DNA of 62,857 nucleotides, filler included, from Choristocarpus tenellus KU-1152 (lineage: Eukaryota; Protista; Phaeophyceae): NCBI GenBank assembly GCA_964200185.2. It is 5 parts of 5 records of this genome, joined end to end, with 100 filler letters (N's around TTAATTAATTAA, not from the genome) between each part and the next. Parts side by side here need not be neighbours in the genome. Positions count along the whole stretch, not along the records: positions 43,898 to 62,857 come from CAXNAD020000504.1; 4 more parts are not named here. One strand, 5' to 3'. Under the pieces are notes generated by a model. It did no database searches, was not told the origin of the DNA, and saw only the letters and a list, made by a program, of their open reading frames with translations. A program made the translations under genes and the position numbers. Positions 50,664-62,857 of the stretch are shown piece after piece (within the stretch, counting starts at the first letter, position 1; each line of letters starts with the position of its first letter).

Positions 50664-51806
50664 GACAAGGTTAGTCAGGAATCAATACAAACAAGGCAAA
50701 TACACCACCAGCACATTCAAGCAGGTGACTGGGACAATCCCAGGCCTCAAACTGCACACTGTACACCGGGACAGGTAAGAGATGGTAGACAAGAACTACA
50801 GGAAAGACTGGTACGGGGTTATAGTACACCTGACCCAGGACTCTTGCGCCCTGTGCCCATAACTCGATATCGCCTCCATGTGTTCCATCCACAAACTCAG
50901 GTGCGTTGATACTCTTCGATTCAGATTGGATGATCTGAACGTCAACTCCGAGGATCAGCGGTGTCCTTACATGCTCTGGCCTCAGCTCAGCCACTGTCAC
51001 CTGCAAGGGCGTCCACCCTGAAATGGGAAGGTTCCCCCAGCTACAATTGTAGGATATCCAATGGGTGCATTAGGGGGAATAAACGTAATAAATAATGCTG
51101 TGTTCACTCCTCTAACAGGAGTTTTGGACTGAAGACCAGACACCGGCTTCACTGGGCTGGAATTAGTATACAAATTTATTCGATGTGCATTGCTATGCTA
51201 TGCATCATATCCTCGTGAAAATAGTTACTATCATCACTAATTTGTAGCACTAAGTGTTCAACTGGTGGTACTATTAGGTTTCCCTATTATTAATATGCGC
51301 GCACTTCCTGTTACGTTTTTTGTAGGTATTAATGTGCCCTAGTTGATGTGTCTGATGGTAAAAGAGGCTGAGTGGCATACACAGCTAGCCGGTGTTGATG
51401 AGGTTTCTGTGATGTGCCACTTAGTAAGAAAGCAGGGCATCCTTGAGTTGGTAGGTCCATACACCATCCTTTTCATGGGGAAGATGATGATAGTAGGTAA
51501 CTGCTTGTATGGTACATAGCTCTTCACATATTGTAGGTAGCCGGTCATAGTATTTATTTACCTGTAAGTGATCTGCTGCTGCGATTTATTTGTTCAAGAG
51601 TTACAAGAGTGATGAGAGTAGGTACTGCTTGTTCGTATGTAGAGTTTCACATATCTTAGGTATCACCTCACAGTATTTACCCCTAAATGTTAGGCTGTTG
51701 CGCTCTTACCTATTCAAGAGTCGTATCCTAAAAGGGTTGAGGTTTATCCTCTGGAAATGGTCAAGACCTTGCGCTAAACTACAATTATTTCTTTGTTCAA
51801 GATGCA

Positions 51807-52393
51807 TGTTCTGTTCGGTTACTGTGACTGTAGTAGATTAGACCCTTTCGGTAGAAGTATCATATCCAAAACAATCTGGACAATTTGAGCATTTCCACTC
51901 ACAAACCAGTGTTATCTTCCCACAGACGATGGACCAATCCCCATATTACTCACTCTCCTAAACGATGAGACAAATCCTCATTTCCAAAATTTATGTTGAG
52001 ATTCGGGTTAGGGTTAGGGTTAGGGTTAGGGTTAGGGTGTTCTGTTCGGTCACTGTGGCTGTAGTAGATGAGAATGAGACCCTTTCGGTAGAAGTATCAT
52101 ATCCAAAACAATCTGGACAATTTTGGCATTATTTTCACTCACAAACCAGTGTTATTTTATTATGCCCTCTGACATTTTGCAGATGTGTCAGGGGGAAACC
52201 AATGAAAACTATATACATAAGTGTATATAACGTTATCATTCTCACAGACGATGGACCAATCCCCATATTACTCGCTCTCCCAAACGATGTGACAAATCCT
52301 CATTTCCAAAATTTATGTTGATATTAGGCTTAGGGTTAGGGTTAGGGTTAGGGTCAGGGTTAGGGTCAGGGTTAGGGTTAGGGTCAGGGTTAG
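51807..52393 (+). repeat. Two tandem ~200-bp units, each ending in an interstitial telomeric (TTAGGG)n tract
   Basis: Unit 1 51807-52037 ends in (TTAGGG)5; unit 2 52038-52393 ends in ~11 TTAGGG/TCAGGG units; the units are near-identical apart from an 81-bp insert. Confidence 0.9.
52156..52236 (-). mobile_element. Minimal insertion of the CRE-like LINE 3' terminus with a 5-bp TSD (GTTAT)
   Basis: Present in unit 2 and absent from unit 1; reverse complement matches 20487-20550; GTTAT at 52151-52155 and 52232-52236. Confidence 0.85.
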
Positions 52394-52613
52394 CGTCTTG
52401 TTTGTTAAAAATGAAATATGTGAAAGTTCAGAACTACAAAATTGTAGTTCACATCTTGCTCGTTATTAGTGGTTTGGTTAAGACAGAGGAACAAGGAAAC
52501 CACAGGATCAAGGGTAGGCAACCTACCATATTACAACGAAGTAGATTAGGAGTAGAATAATTTCTGAGTCTAACTCCAAGGAAGGGGAAGAAGTCGACAG
52601 TGGTTAGGTAATT

Positions 52614-55600
52614 ATGACATGGAGATGGCATCTCCTGACAAATTTTATCTTCGCGCTTGTCATCTCTTCAGCTCTAGGGAAGGGGATGCGGATGACTCCT
52701 AAGGGAGAATACATAGATGAAGATGGGGGGACTCTGGAGGACTACGAGGTAGGTTGTGGGTGGATCAAAATCTATCCTGGACAATGCCATTCACACAGGG
52801 GACCTTGTGGGTTGGGACTGTTACTTGTCTCCAAGTTTGAGGAGCACTATACCTTCGCTATACAATCTGTTCTGTCCAAGCGAGCTTGTGTCACCCCTTC
52901 ACAATCCCTAATTCTTTTTTATGCTTTTCTGCAGTTGATGGAGCAACAACCAGAAGTGGCTCAATTCATTGGGATTGGGAGGTATGCCCACTCCAGGTTA
53001 AGGAAAGGGGGGTACGCGTATGGGCCACTTGTAGGCGTGCGACATGCTGACGGTGACGAGGAGGTCCGTGAGATATATATGTTGTAGAGTATGGGTAGGC
53101 CTAAGCATTGTGTGTTTGATGTAGTATGCTTGGTTTAACAAGCAGTCGTTTTGTGACCCCCTCTTGCTGCATTGCCAGCGCCTGAACTCGGGCAACTACA
53201 TTTGTTCTTGCAAAGGAGAACATTGCCTGCAGGTCCACCGAGGTATTCATGAGTCACTATTGGAGCCAAAGAGTGATCCGACCATCTTTTCGTTTCCTTC
53301 AACTCGACAGTTTGTTAACATCACGTTAGAAGTTTGTGATTATCGAAAGATCGTGAATAATGCTGCTCCTCTTCTTGGACACGCCCCACACAACTCTATG
53401 CACGGCCCTCTTGTCCTCACACCTGAACGGAAAATGCTTTGTGACAGCTGGGTAACAGTGTTGGGCGCAAGGGAATGTTTCCAATGCTAATAGTCCTGAC
53501 GGTGATGGAGGATGACACTGCGTGGGATGGTGAGGGCAACGAGGAGGCGAACTTGGTGGAAGTTAATTATGAGGTAAGAAAAAATTTACCCCAAATGCCA
53601 CCATTGCCTCATACAGCATAGACTCTGTCAAGCACCAAGCCAATGAGCTCTTAATACGATTGTCATCACACGTGTATAGCACATGCTAATTATTGTGTCT
53701 GGTATTGGCGATGTGATTCTTGTTGCTTTGCCCTTAAGACATGCCGTAAGAAATAATATTTTGTAGCTATAGTACCCACCTGTTTGTCATGTGTAACCAA
53801 GCAATTGTTTTTTCTTGGGGGATGTCTGAAAAGCAGGTGACATAGTTGATGGTTTCCCATCAGTCCTTCCTTGCTGGAGCAGTCTGCATCATCAACCAAA
53901 CCTAGAGATACATCATGTCATGTTGATTTCAAATACTTGAATTGAATTTGTACCCAATTGGGAAAGATATGAACGGAAAACGGCAGTGGTGTACTTGGTC
54001 ATGACTGGTTGGCAGTGAATGATTTGGTCCTATTGTGGATCTATGTACTATCAGGATGTGCACTATCAGGATGAACCTCACCTAGTTGTGGGAAAGTATT
54101 TCACAGTCAAGTCAACCTTCTGTCCCAATTGTGCATCTGTACACTTAACAGAAACATCTGATGCATGTATAGGCTCTTCCTTGTGTATTCTGAGCCTGTT
54201 GTTTCTTCACCAGTATGTGTCCCATCATAACCTCATCAAGTCAAGTACCATTTCATGCCTCTGTCACATTGACTTGATGAGTTTATGATTATGTTCCAGG
54301 TGACACTAGGTTTCGATCCCATCCAATATGTTAGACCTGGACTTGTGGTTGCCAGTGCACGCAAGCTCACTGCTGAAGGTGAGCTTCCCTTGTATTGTTA
54401 ATAATTGTGTGAAGGGCAGAGCTACTTTGACAGTGGGACTACAAGGTAGATAAAACTGTTTGCAGACTCTTTCACTGACATAAAACTGTACACTAAAGCT
54501 GCTCATCATTGTAAAGTACTTGGTGCTCCAAAGTCATACATATCAATGAGATGTGGGTGATTTGAAACACAAACTGATAAATTTTGTGTGGATTTCTCCT
54601 GGCATACCATAATTCAAATCATAACTAGGTTACACAAACTCTCTATCTCTCTATTATTAGTAGCACACCTCTCTCTTTCGCTAAGAGCTTGAAGTCAGTC
54701 ATGCTGTGTACAATGCCCAGGTCTCTTCAAACATCTTACAGGGACTACAACACCAACAATCCTTGGTCTTTGGAGGTACCCCCTAACCCAAGGTCTTTTT
54801 ATAATATGAGTTGGGCCAATGGAAGTGATGAATATTATTTTTTGTGAATTTCATGTGAGGGTCTACTGAGGAAAACATTTTTCTCACATGCTGTGTCCTA
54901 GGACTGAAAGAACTAAAACATTTGTTATATCTGTATCCTTTTCGTAACACTTCCAGCTGACTACTCACACAAGTTGTGGCCCAAGTGTTGCCTTTGACCC
55001 TTGTTTCTGATTGGTGATGCTCAAGCCCTGTGTGCATATGACTGGACTTGCTCCTCCGTTTTCATTAACCTGCTCAAACCAGCTCACATCCAAAGGCCAT
55101 TTGATGGATTATTCTTGGAATGTTTTTGTCACAATTGATACCTATGTTGGATGGGATCAAATTGGATGGGTAAGGTATGGTTGCTGCCGTCCTAGAAGTG
55201 CCACCAACAGAGGAGAACAGCTTCTTTGAAAAGAATCGCAGGGGTATCACCCTCATGCTTGGGGTCATCATTGCATCTGCTGTTGTCAGGGTAATCAGGT
55301 CAGTTGCTGTTAGTTTTTTTTGTATGAAGTATAGTTTTTCGTGTACACGCGACAGTGGCTACTCTCAGTACTGTGGTTTGCCCTCTGGTGTTGCACCTCT
55401 TGAACTTGTTGGATACAGTGGGATAACAAGACACATACTGAGTTCAATCAAAGAATGTTCCAAGAATATTTTTTGCCTCTAGACGTGAGCACTGCAACTG
55501 TTCCATCGCTCGCCTGTGTTCAGATACTTCCTTTTTTCTCCAGGTTTGTTTGCATCACAACCAAGGGAGGTGCTCCATTTTGCTAGTGCGCACCAACTCA

Positions 55601-56057
55601 ACTTGTGTGTTTAATTTTCTCTATTTGTAGAATACTTTTTTCTCCAAGATTCCAGTCGGTGTATGTCATGGGCAGAACTGGATAAACTGAACTGGATATA
55701 CTCACTGAATAGACTGGGTGAACAGAATGGTTTATAAATTTAGCCTTATTTTGTCTTTTATTTCGATTTTTTCTGCGCCTTTCTGCTGACCAATCAGATC
55801 AATAGATCAGATGAACAGAGCATCTTGGACTTACACCTCCCTCTCATCCTCTCTGATCTGTGTTCATCAGGAGGGGAATTGAGGTGCTCCTTGCTCGGTG
55901 GAAGAGGGTAAGTGTGGAAGGAAAGGCAGAGCAACAGGGTGAAGACAGCAGTGAAGCCACAGAAAAAAAGAGTATCAAACAAGCTGAGGGGACTCTGAAG
56001 GCGAAGAGTGCAACTATAACCAAGAACAAAAAGTCAAACAAAAACAAAACTAATTGA
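52614..56057 (+). CDS. Type-I membrane protein of unknown function (signal peptide, lumenal domain, one TM, Lys-rich tail ending KNKTN)
   Basis: Phase-consistent exons 52614-52748, 52935-53063, 53233-53331, 53448-53573, 54300-54378, 55175-55298, 55871-56057; TM segment GITLMLGVIIASAVV; KxKxx ER-retrieval-like C-terminus. Confidence 0.7.
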
Positions 56058-57974
56058 TTGTGATTGATCGTCTTAGATAACTGCTTGTCACATAGGTTAC
56101 AATGCATGGATGGGGAAATGTATTGAATGTTTTTGCTTTGCTATTGGGAGGAGACACAATGGGAGTATTCCCAAGATTTAATATTTATAGTACAATATAG
56201 TATTGATATCAATGTTCAAGAGATTGTAGTATGAGTCACCCTATTCACTTTAGAGTGCTTCATGATTTAGGCTGTTCTAATTTTGTATATATATGAATTT
56301 TCAACCCAGAGTCAATCAAGACTCAAGTTATTGTACTATTATTCCTGCCCTGATACTGGATGGTCTTACAGCATTGTGTCAGAGGTTGAGAAACCCCACC
56401 ATAATGTGGAAATGTGGAAGTGTGTGAGATGGTCTGCTACATTGGTGTGTGGCAAAATGATTAACAGAGGATGATTTTCTGCTTTATGGGGTGTAGTTGT
56501 TTCTGGGCACTATGTTAAACCAGGAGGACAAGATAAAGCTGAGTACTTTTTTATACAGATATCTTCTCTTGCTCCTTTTGTTCTAGTTTTTTATGCCTGA
56601 GGCAAACAATGCTCCACATTGTGTTGCTGGTGTTGTATGGGTGCAGTAGTTGGCAACAAATTGATAACACGAAACAAAAGTGATGCAGTTTTGGAAAAAA
56701 AATATGGTGATTTCTCACCTCTTCTGGCCTATAGATTATGATGCCTTTTCCCTACCCAATAATCTCTCTTTTCACTTGCCGATAACCAAAATCAAAGATT
56801 CACATTTTTACTAGTATCCCCAGAGTAGTTACTAGATCTAGGAGCATGGTGTGTGTGCACCATACAAAATTTTGATGCTTCATCCTTGTTTTTCGATAAA
56901 TAGGTTTGATAAATAAGCATGAAAAATATATATTTTTATGACCTTAGATTGTATCGCACTCTATTTTGTGTACACGTAGAATATTGGTGATTAAATAGTA
57001 CCCTCACCACATCACTCATCAATCACTCAAATCCTCTCATACTGGAATTTGTGCTGATGTCAAGTTGCGAACACCCAAATTGCTTTGTTTTAAAGCCAGA
57101 CAGTTTGTAAGACCAAGAGATGTGAGTGTTTTGGAATGCAGAGATGTTTGTTTTGTGGTAATTTTCTCATTTCGCCCCCAAGTGCAAATTGCAAATTATA
57201 AAGTATTTCTACAATGAACCTCATCCATAACAGATAATCAAAGGACACTCGTAGCAAAACCTGTCATTCTCGAAATCTTAGGTTTGTACCTTCTTTTTTT
57301 TTCTCCACAGTAAGGTGACTCATGGTAATGTGGCTGGTATCAAGATCCATTGATGTACAACATAAAACTCAGTGGCATTTTCTGCAGCACATCGAAGCAC
57401 CTCCACTATGAGATGAGTGCTACTCTGTATGTATGTACTTTGACATTTTGTAGCGACTGAAGCAGGATGATTTATGTAGAATTGTCCAATTTCCTCCTGT
57501 CACCCATGACATCAATCTGTGTTTCATAGACTAATCTTTGTGTTTACATCTGTACTTGGAAGTACACACTAATTGAGTTCAACATAATTGCAGTATCAAC
57601 ACTTCAGTCAAAACCACTGCTCTCAACCAGTAAAATCAAAATACAAGTGCTGTGATTCCTGTACAGCTCAAGCACCTATCTCTGTACATGTAGACCATCT
57701 CTGTAGATGTAGACCCACCACAAAAGAACAACAAATATGACTAGGTTCCACAAAAGCCAATTGTTGTGGTGAGACAATCAATCGACAAAGTGCACCCTGG
57801 CAAGGTAACACGTCCTTGTCACATTTTCAGCTTTAACTCACTCCAAGTACTCTGGGGTTCACAAAAGTCTTCATGCTCTAGGAGATGCCTCCTCTGCAGA
57901 CTACGAGACAGTATTGCAGTAGTAACTGACAGATTCCAACAAACCAACCAGACAACAAAACAAACAGTAGCACT

Positions 57975-60900
57975 TTATGATGACCAGTGCTTGAGCAGTG
58001 TTCCCTTACCCTGGAACCATCGCCGTACAAAGAAGATCTGTCCACAACTCACAAGAAGCAGCACCACTGTTTCAATCACTGAGCTGCGAACCATGCCCTC
58101 TTGATTTTCCTTGGCCACTGTTGTTTCACACAAGGACGGGGGGGAGGGGGGGTACTCTAAATATGGGTTAATGGGCAAAGAAATAGAGAGTAACTTAAAT
58201 GGATGGGAGACATGAATGGGCATTGAGATGAAGCAATGACAAGATAGGAAGCAAGGGACCAGATTGGGATCATGCAACCAATGTACCCTCTTTCCTCCTA
58301 CAAATTGTCTGCCGGTGAAAATTTTGTTCTTAAATTTCTGAACAAGCTATTTCTTCCCTCAGAAAAAAATAGTTCAGCATCAAGTCCCTGTTTACTGTGT
58401 TTGTTCGCCACCTTCTGTGTCACATGTGGAATATTTCAAGGTAAAATAGTCACCTGCTATAGACACGAAGTCACGCAAAGCATTCACACACACAAAACAC
58501 ACACACAAAACAAACGCTTGCATTCTGGAATATCGAGGGCAGAGAGTCATGGGTGGGGTCGACCAGCACACAGTACGTGGTTGAGCCACATCCCAGAGAT
58601 CACTTGTTAGAGAGCCTCTCACTGTCTTGTAGGGGACACAAAAGCTATATTGGTTCAATATTGTCTGCAGGGGCCCTTAGCAGTAGCTATTTGTGCCTTT
58701 GCTTCACCATTTGAAAGGTGTTCTCTCCTTCCACCAGACTTTACCATATTGAAAATATCGCATTACCATGTAGAAAGAACAATAATTCAGACCAAATTGT
58801 GCCTTCATACCTCCCCCAAATGTCTGATCAATCGGTGACTGCAGCAGCCAGCGGGTAACCAACCTCTAACTAGTAAAATTTATAATTCACCAATAACATA
58901 GGTTCAAAGGTTGGACATGGGTTCATGGAAACATTGGAGCACACGTTATATAGAGATATCTCAAGGTCATACTTTGTGTTAGTTATACTGCAACTCAACC
59001 AAAATTGAGATATTGATGTTGATATTGAAGGGTTTAATTCAATTGTCAAGTGTTTATGCTAATGTAATTGGACACTGCACACTCTGCTCTTAACATCCCC
59101 CACACATTATCTCCAATTGTAATCCAGGACATGAAATATTTCGAGTAAATAGAAATTATACTTGACTGGACCAAACCTTTTAATTCAAACACTAACACTA
59201 ATAATTTCCATTACAAGTAATGTTAGGCCACACACACATCCACTAATGTTTGAACACCACACTTCTAGTACTCTTGGGACTAACAATAGAGTAAAACAGT
59301 GTTGGTCCCACTTACACCCTGACAAAAGGTTACAGCTAGAGTGAACACCAATAAGACACCAACCAGAGTTTCAAACATAACACAGCCCATTTGATGGATC
59401 AACTGCACTATGAAACCTACTGCGAAAACTCATACATCTGTATTGATGAAATAGGAAATGTTTCATCTATCAACGATTGAACTCCAGATGAAAAATCTAC
59501 TGGAAAGATCTACTGGAAAAGGGAACAAAATTGTCTCATTTTCTGTGACCAATACCTGGGTCTGTCAAGAGTAAAACTCACAAATACCTGCAGCCCAATA
59601 GAGTGACCAATGAGCTTGTCTCTTTATGTTAAGCCAGGATTCAGAAAGCCTTTGGAAGATGTGCCAGGTCAAATAAGGCTCTAGAGGATAATGTACATAA
59701 TGCCATGCTTGTAGTACCTTGTTTGTGTGTGATGGGGTAGGTAGCTCTACTAAACTTGTTGCCAGTAAAATATATCCAAGCCATTTAGTTACATAGCTAC
59801 CTCAAACAGTTTTTCACAGTCCAACACCACCACATCAGAGACTCACTTGTCTCTTGTACAGCAAGTCTCATGCGCTCATGCAGCTGCTTGGTCTCAATCT
59901 TAGCCAAAAATGTCTTGAGGCGTTGCATATCTTCTGCAATGGCCTTGAGGTCTGACAGTCAACACAATCAGAACAGACGTCAGTGCGGAAAAAGCACATA
60001 CGAGAAAACTCTAAACAAAGGAAGGCAAATCTCGTATGTATGTACCATGTACAATTTAACACTTCCACAGGGCTTCACATTTAACCACCTTTGAAGTTCA
60101 ATCCAGGTTATTAAAAAAATAGTTTTAAGGTATACTAAGTTAAAAAGAACTTTGCATACACACAACATATACATTGGGACAATGGAATATCACCAGGGTG
60201 TGAGCAGGACAATGAATACAATGAACAAAGCAGAATAAATCTTGCCTCCTGATGTTGTGCAGTCATCACATATATTGTACAATGTACAACAATAAAGCTT
60301 CAACCACAGTGCAAGACAGGGAACACAGGAAGAATTCGAAGTATTTTAAGTATTCAAAATGATTCATCAACTGCACCTACCCATAACAACCAACCGTTGT
60401 CTAAGACAACATGCTTCTATGTGAGTATTCCAGGATCCACAATAATCCACAACAGGCTGCATTTTTTCTTGATGTCTGGAGAGAGCACATTTTGTTCCCC
60501 ACGTAGGCAGGTACTATTGGAAATGTTACTATTGAAAATGTTCTCCTACGTAAGACCTACTCTGCAAAAGATGTACTTGCACACAAAAAAAATCCATCTC
60601 TTGTGTTGATGTGACAGTATCCTATTCAACTTATTATATGCTACTTATGTCAAAAGATGGAATACAATATATCATATATAAAAAGAACACTCAATACAGA
60701 CCAAGGTCCCTTCTTGAGTCCTGTCCCTCCAGCACTTTACCCAGATTTGTATTGAGCTTTCACACTTTTCACACTAAAGGCAAACACAGTCAAGCTAAAA
60801 TAAATTTAGTAGTTTGTTTGAGGGTTGGATGTTTTCATTCACTACCTTCCACTGCGCTTCTAGAAAGACGAGTGCTTAAGCCTCATCGGCCAGGACTAAG

Positions 60901-62765
60901 GTAGTAATGACTTTCAATCTCAGCCCCAACCTAAAAGCATAGAAAGCCACAAGAAAGGCACACAACTTGGCTTCATTTGCACAGCCTTTCAGTACACACT
61001 CACAGAAGCTATTTGATAACTACGGACAAGACCAAACCTCCATACCCAACACTGATTCAGTCTCATTTCAGGATAGAGATGAGGGATCCACTAGAATGTA
61101 AACCCTTGGAAGGCATCACTCAATATCTTGTGGAGGACCCCTAACACTAAGTTTGCACCAGTAAAAACAAATGTCAAGACAAAAAGGTCCTCCTACACAC
61201 CATGTCAATTACTAAACATACAAAGGGGGTGGTAAGTTTACACATGGTATGATTCACTATGACAATTGTAGATGTGGGTGCTTACGAATACCTTCATCCT
61301 CCTTCTGCGATGGCTTGGTTCCTCCTTCCACACTCTCTTCCTCCTCACCATAGTCCGATCCAATAGAGTCATCAGTTGTAGGTAACACAACATTGTCAAC
61401 TGGCCCAATAAGGGGAATAGGGGAATAGATTATTGCATAACAGCACAAGGAAACCATAACAAAAAATATAAAAAGAAAAGGGGTACAAAAGGTTAGACTC
61501 ATTGCCATCACTTCATGCTGGGATCATATGCATATAAATGAGGCACTTGAATTGCTTGGTATGTGAGATGGCTTCCACAAAACTGTTTAACAGCATAGCT
61601 CATTCCAAAAATGCTTAACCAAGTACTTCCACATGTGGACTACTTCAAATCAGTGTACAAAGTAGTAATGATACCTTTATGTGAACTACTACATACTACT
61701 TTGTACTATTCAAGCAGTGAACCAAACTGCTTGCTACACTTAGTAAGAGCAATACATACAGTATACTACTACTATTCAAGAGAGTTATTTCAACAGCACA
61801 AAAGATAACAGGCGCCCGCTAGTGTGACTGTTGACTGCCTGAAATTATTTATTTTTACCAATAACTGGGTACTACAGTGACACCAATATTGGATCAACAA
61901 CAAACCATGATGAAAAAAGTAGACTTCTCCTGAACTATATCACGACTCTGTTTATTGTGTATGATAACTACAACTATGTGTATACATCCTTTGAACATTC
62001 AAGCATATGAAAAGTTCACTGAACCTGCACTATGTCAACATGTATGGGCTTCCAAAAAGATAAAAATGGTTCCTAGGTAAGACCATGCCTGCATGCCCAC
62101 TTACCACCTAAACAGCAGGGCCGTCCCAGCTGTTGTGGTTCTTGGTGTCATGATCTATTTTCAAGGTGCAATAGGAACGGAAAAATTCGACACTACAGTA
62201 GATACAGTAGTCAACTCACAGTAGTCAACTCACAGTCGTCAATCCAAATACCGTGCCATATGCAAACTGCTCAAGGCAGGTTTGCATCATTTCTTATTTC
62301 AAGATGAGATGTCAATAGCTTGATGCCTACCAAATCTATATTTTCTTTTACATCTTGTATGCCAGCACGATCTGAGGTAAGGCAAGGGCTAGAGCAACAG
62401 GAGTGAAAACAGAAGAGCCACGACAAAATAGTCACTATTGTGATGTCAACTGCATTCTACTCATAGGTACCTCAAAATTAGCCTCAACAGACTGGAGATT
62501 CAGAGTTCATACACCTTCACTTGGTCGCCCTTGCTACACCAAGAGGAGAGCAAAGACTTGACTAGAAGGTTTCCTTCTTGGGTATTGACACCATCGACAA
62601 CTATCAGCTACAGCAAATCCAAGGTGTCAGGATTGCAGTTTAGTTCAGAGAGTATAACACACGTCATCTCAAAAAAAAAGGACCCACCTTCTTCTGAGCT
62701 TTTGAACATCCTCAGCAGGACATGCTTGTTCTCCTGGATAAATCGACGGTCATTGTGAAGGCACA
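57975..62765 (-). CDS. p24/emp24/gp25L (TMED) family cargo receptor, 3' exons
   Basis: Exons 62765-62688 (CLHNDRRFIQENKHV, end of GOLD domain), 61399-61286, 59951-59847 (coiled coil LKAIAEDMQRLKTFLAKIETKQLHERMRL), 58117-57975 (ENQEGMVRSSVIETVVLLLVSCGQIFFVRRWF..*); all introns phase 1; 5' part lies beyond the window. Confidence 0.85.
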
Positions 62766-62857
62766 CTGAATATGTCCCCGCCTTTGCATCAAACTATCAA
62801 AATAAGGGGGGGGGGGGGGGGGCAGATAATAAACAATCGGGGGGATTCAAAAAATGG

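Noticed and set aside
51965-52560. ORFs with RVRVRV and LGLGLG repeats
   Set aside because: Translation of TTAGGG tracts
62105-62620. Two extra exon-like segments inside the p24 intron (LIVVDGVNTQ.., IMTPRTTTAG..)
   Set aside because: Their phases are incompatible with the flanking phase-1 p24 exons

Overview
Eukaryotic nuclear DNA, intron-rich and moderately AT-rich. It is most likely a photosynthetic stramenopile, probably a brown alga or close relative, judging from a bipartite ASAFAP-type plastid presequence, short exons with kb-scale introns, TTAGGG repeats and a brown-algal-type secreted repeat protein. Four artificial 100-bp spacers (44 N + TTAATTAATTAA + 44 N) split it into five contigs. 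Spliced genes I reconstructed by hand: a complete 7-exon secreted protein with two tandem discoidin/F5-8C-like modules (9550-12604), the 3' half of MPDU1, the last exon of SDHB, a low-complexity minus-strand gene of unknown function, the 5' part of plastid pyruvate dehydrogenase E2, a complete 7-exon type-I membrane protein, and the 3' part of a p24/TMED gene. The rest is dense with transposon relics: two related GAG...CTC MITE families (at least 11 copies), a plant-type mariner fragment, RTE and CRE-like non-LTR elements (the latter stacked head-to-tail), copia gag and gypsy integrase fragments, and a possible Crypton-like tyrosine recombinase relic. The most interesting signals are a long miRNA-like foldback nested in a larger inverted repeat, a CpG-island-like pattern (CpG-free gene bodies versus CpG-rich 5' ends), a tandem element with TTAGGG tails just upstream of a gene, and exon-bounded domain duplication with a GC-AG intron. 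No CRISPR array, rRNA or tRNA was recognised. I found no intact novel enzymatic system that I can support from the sequence alone.
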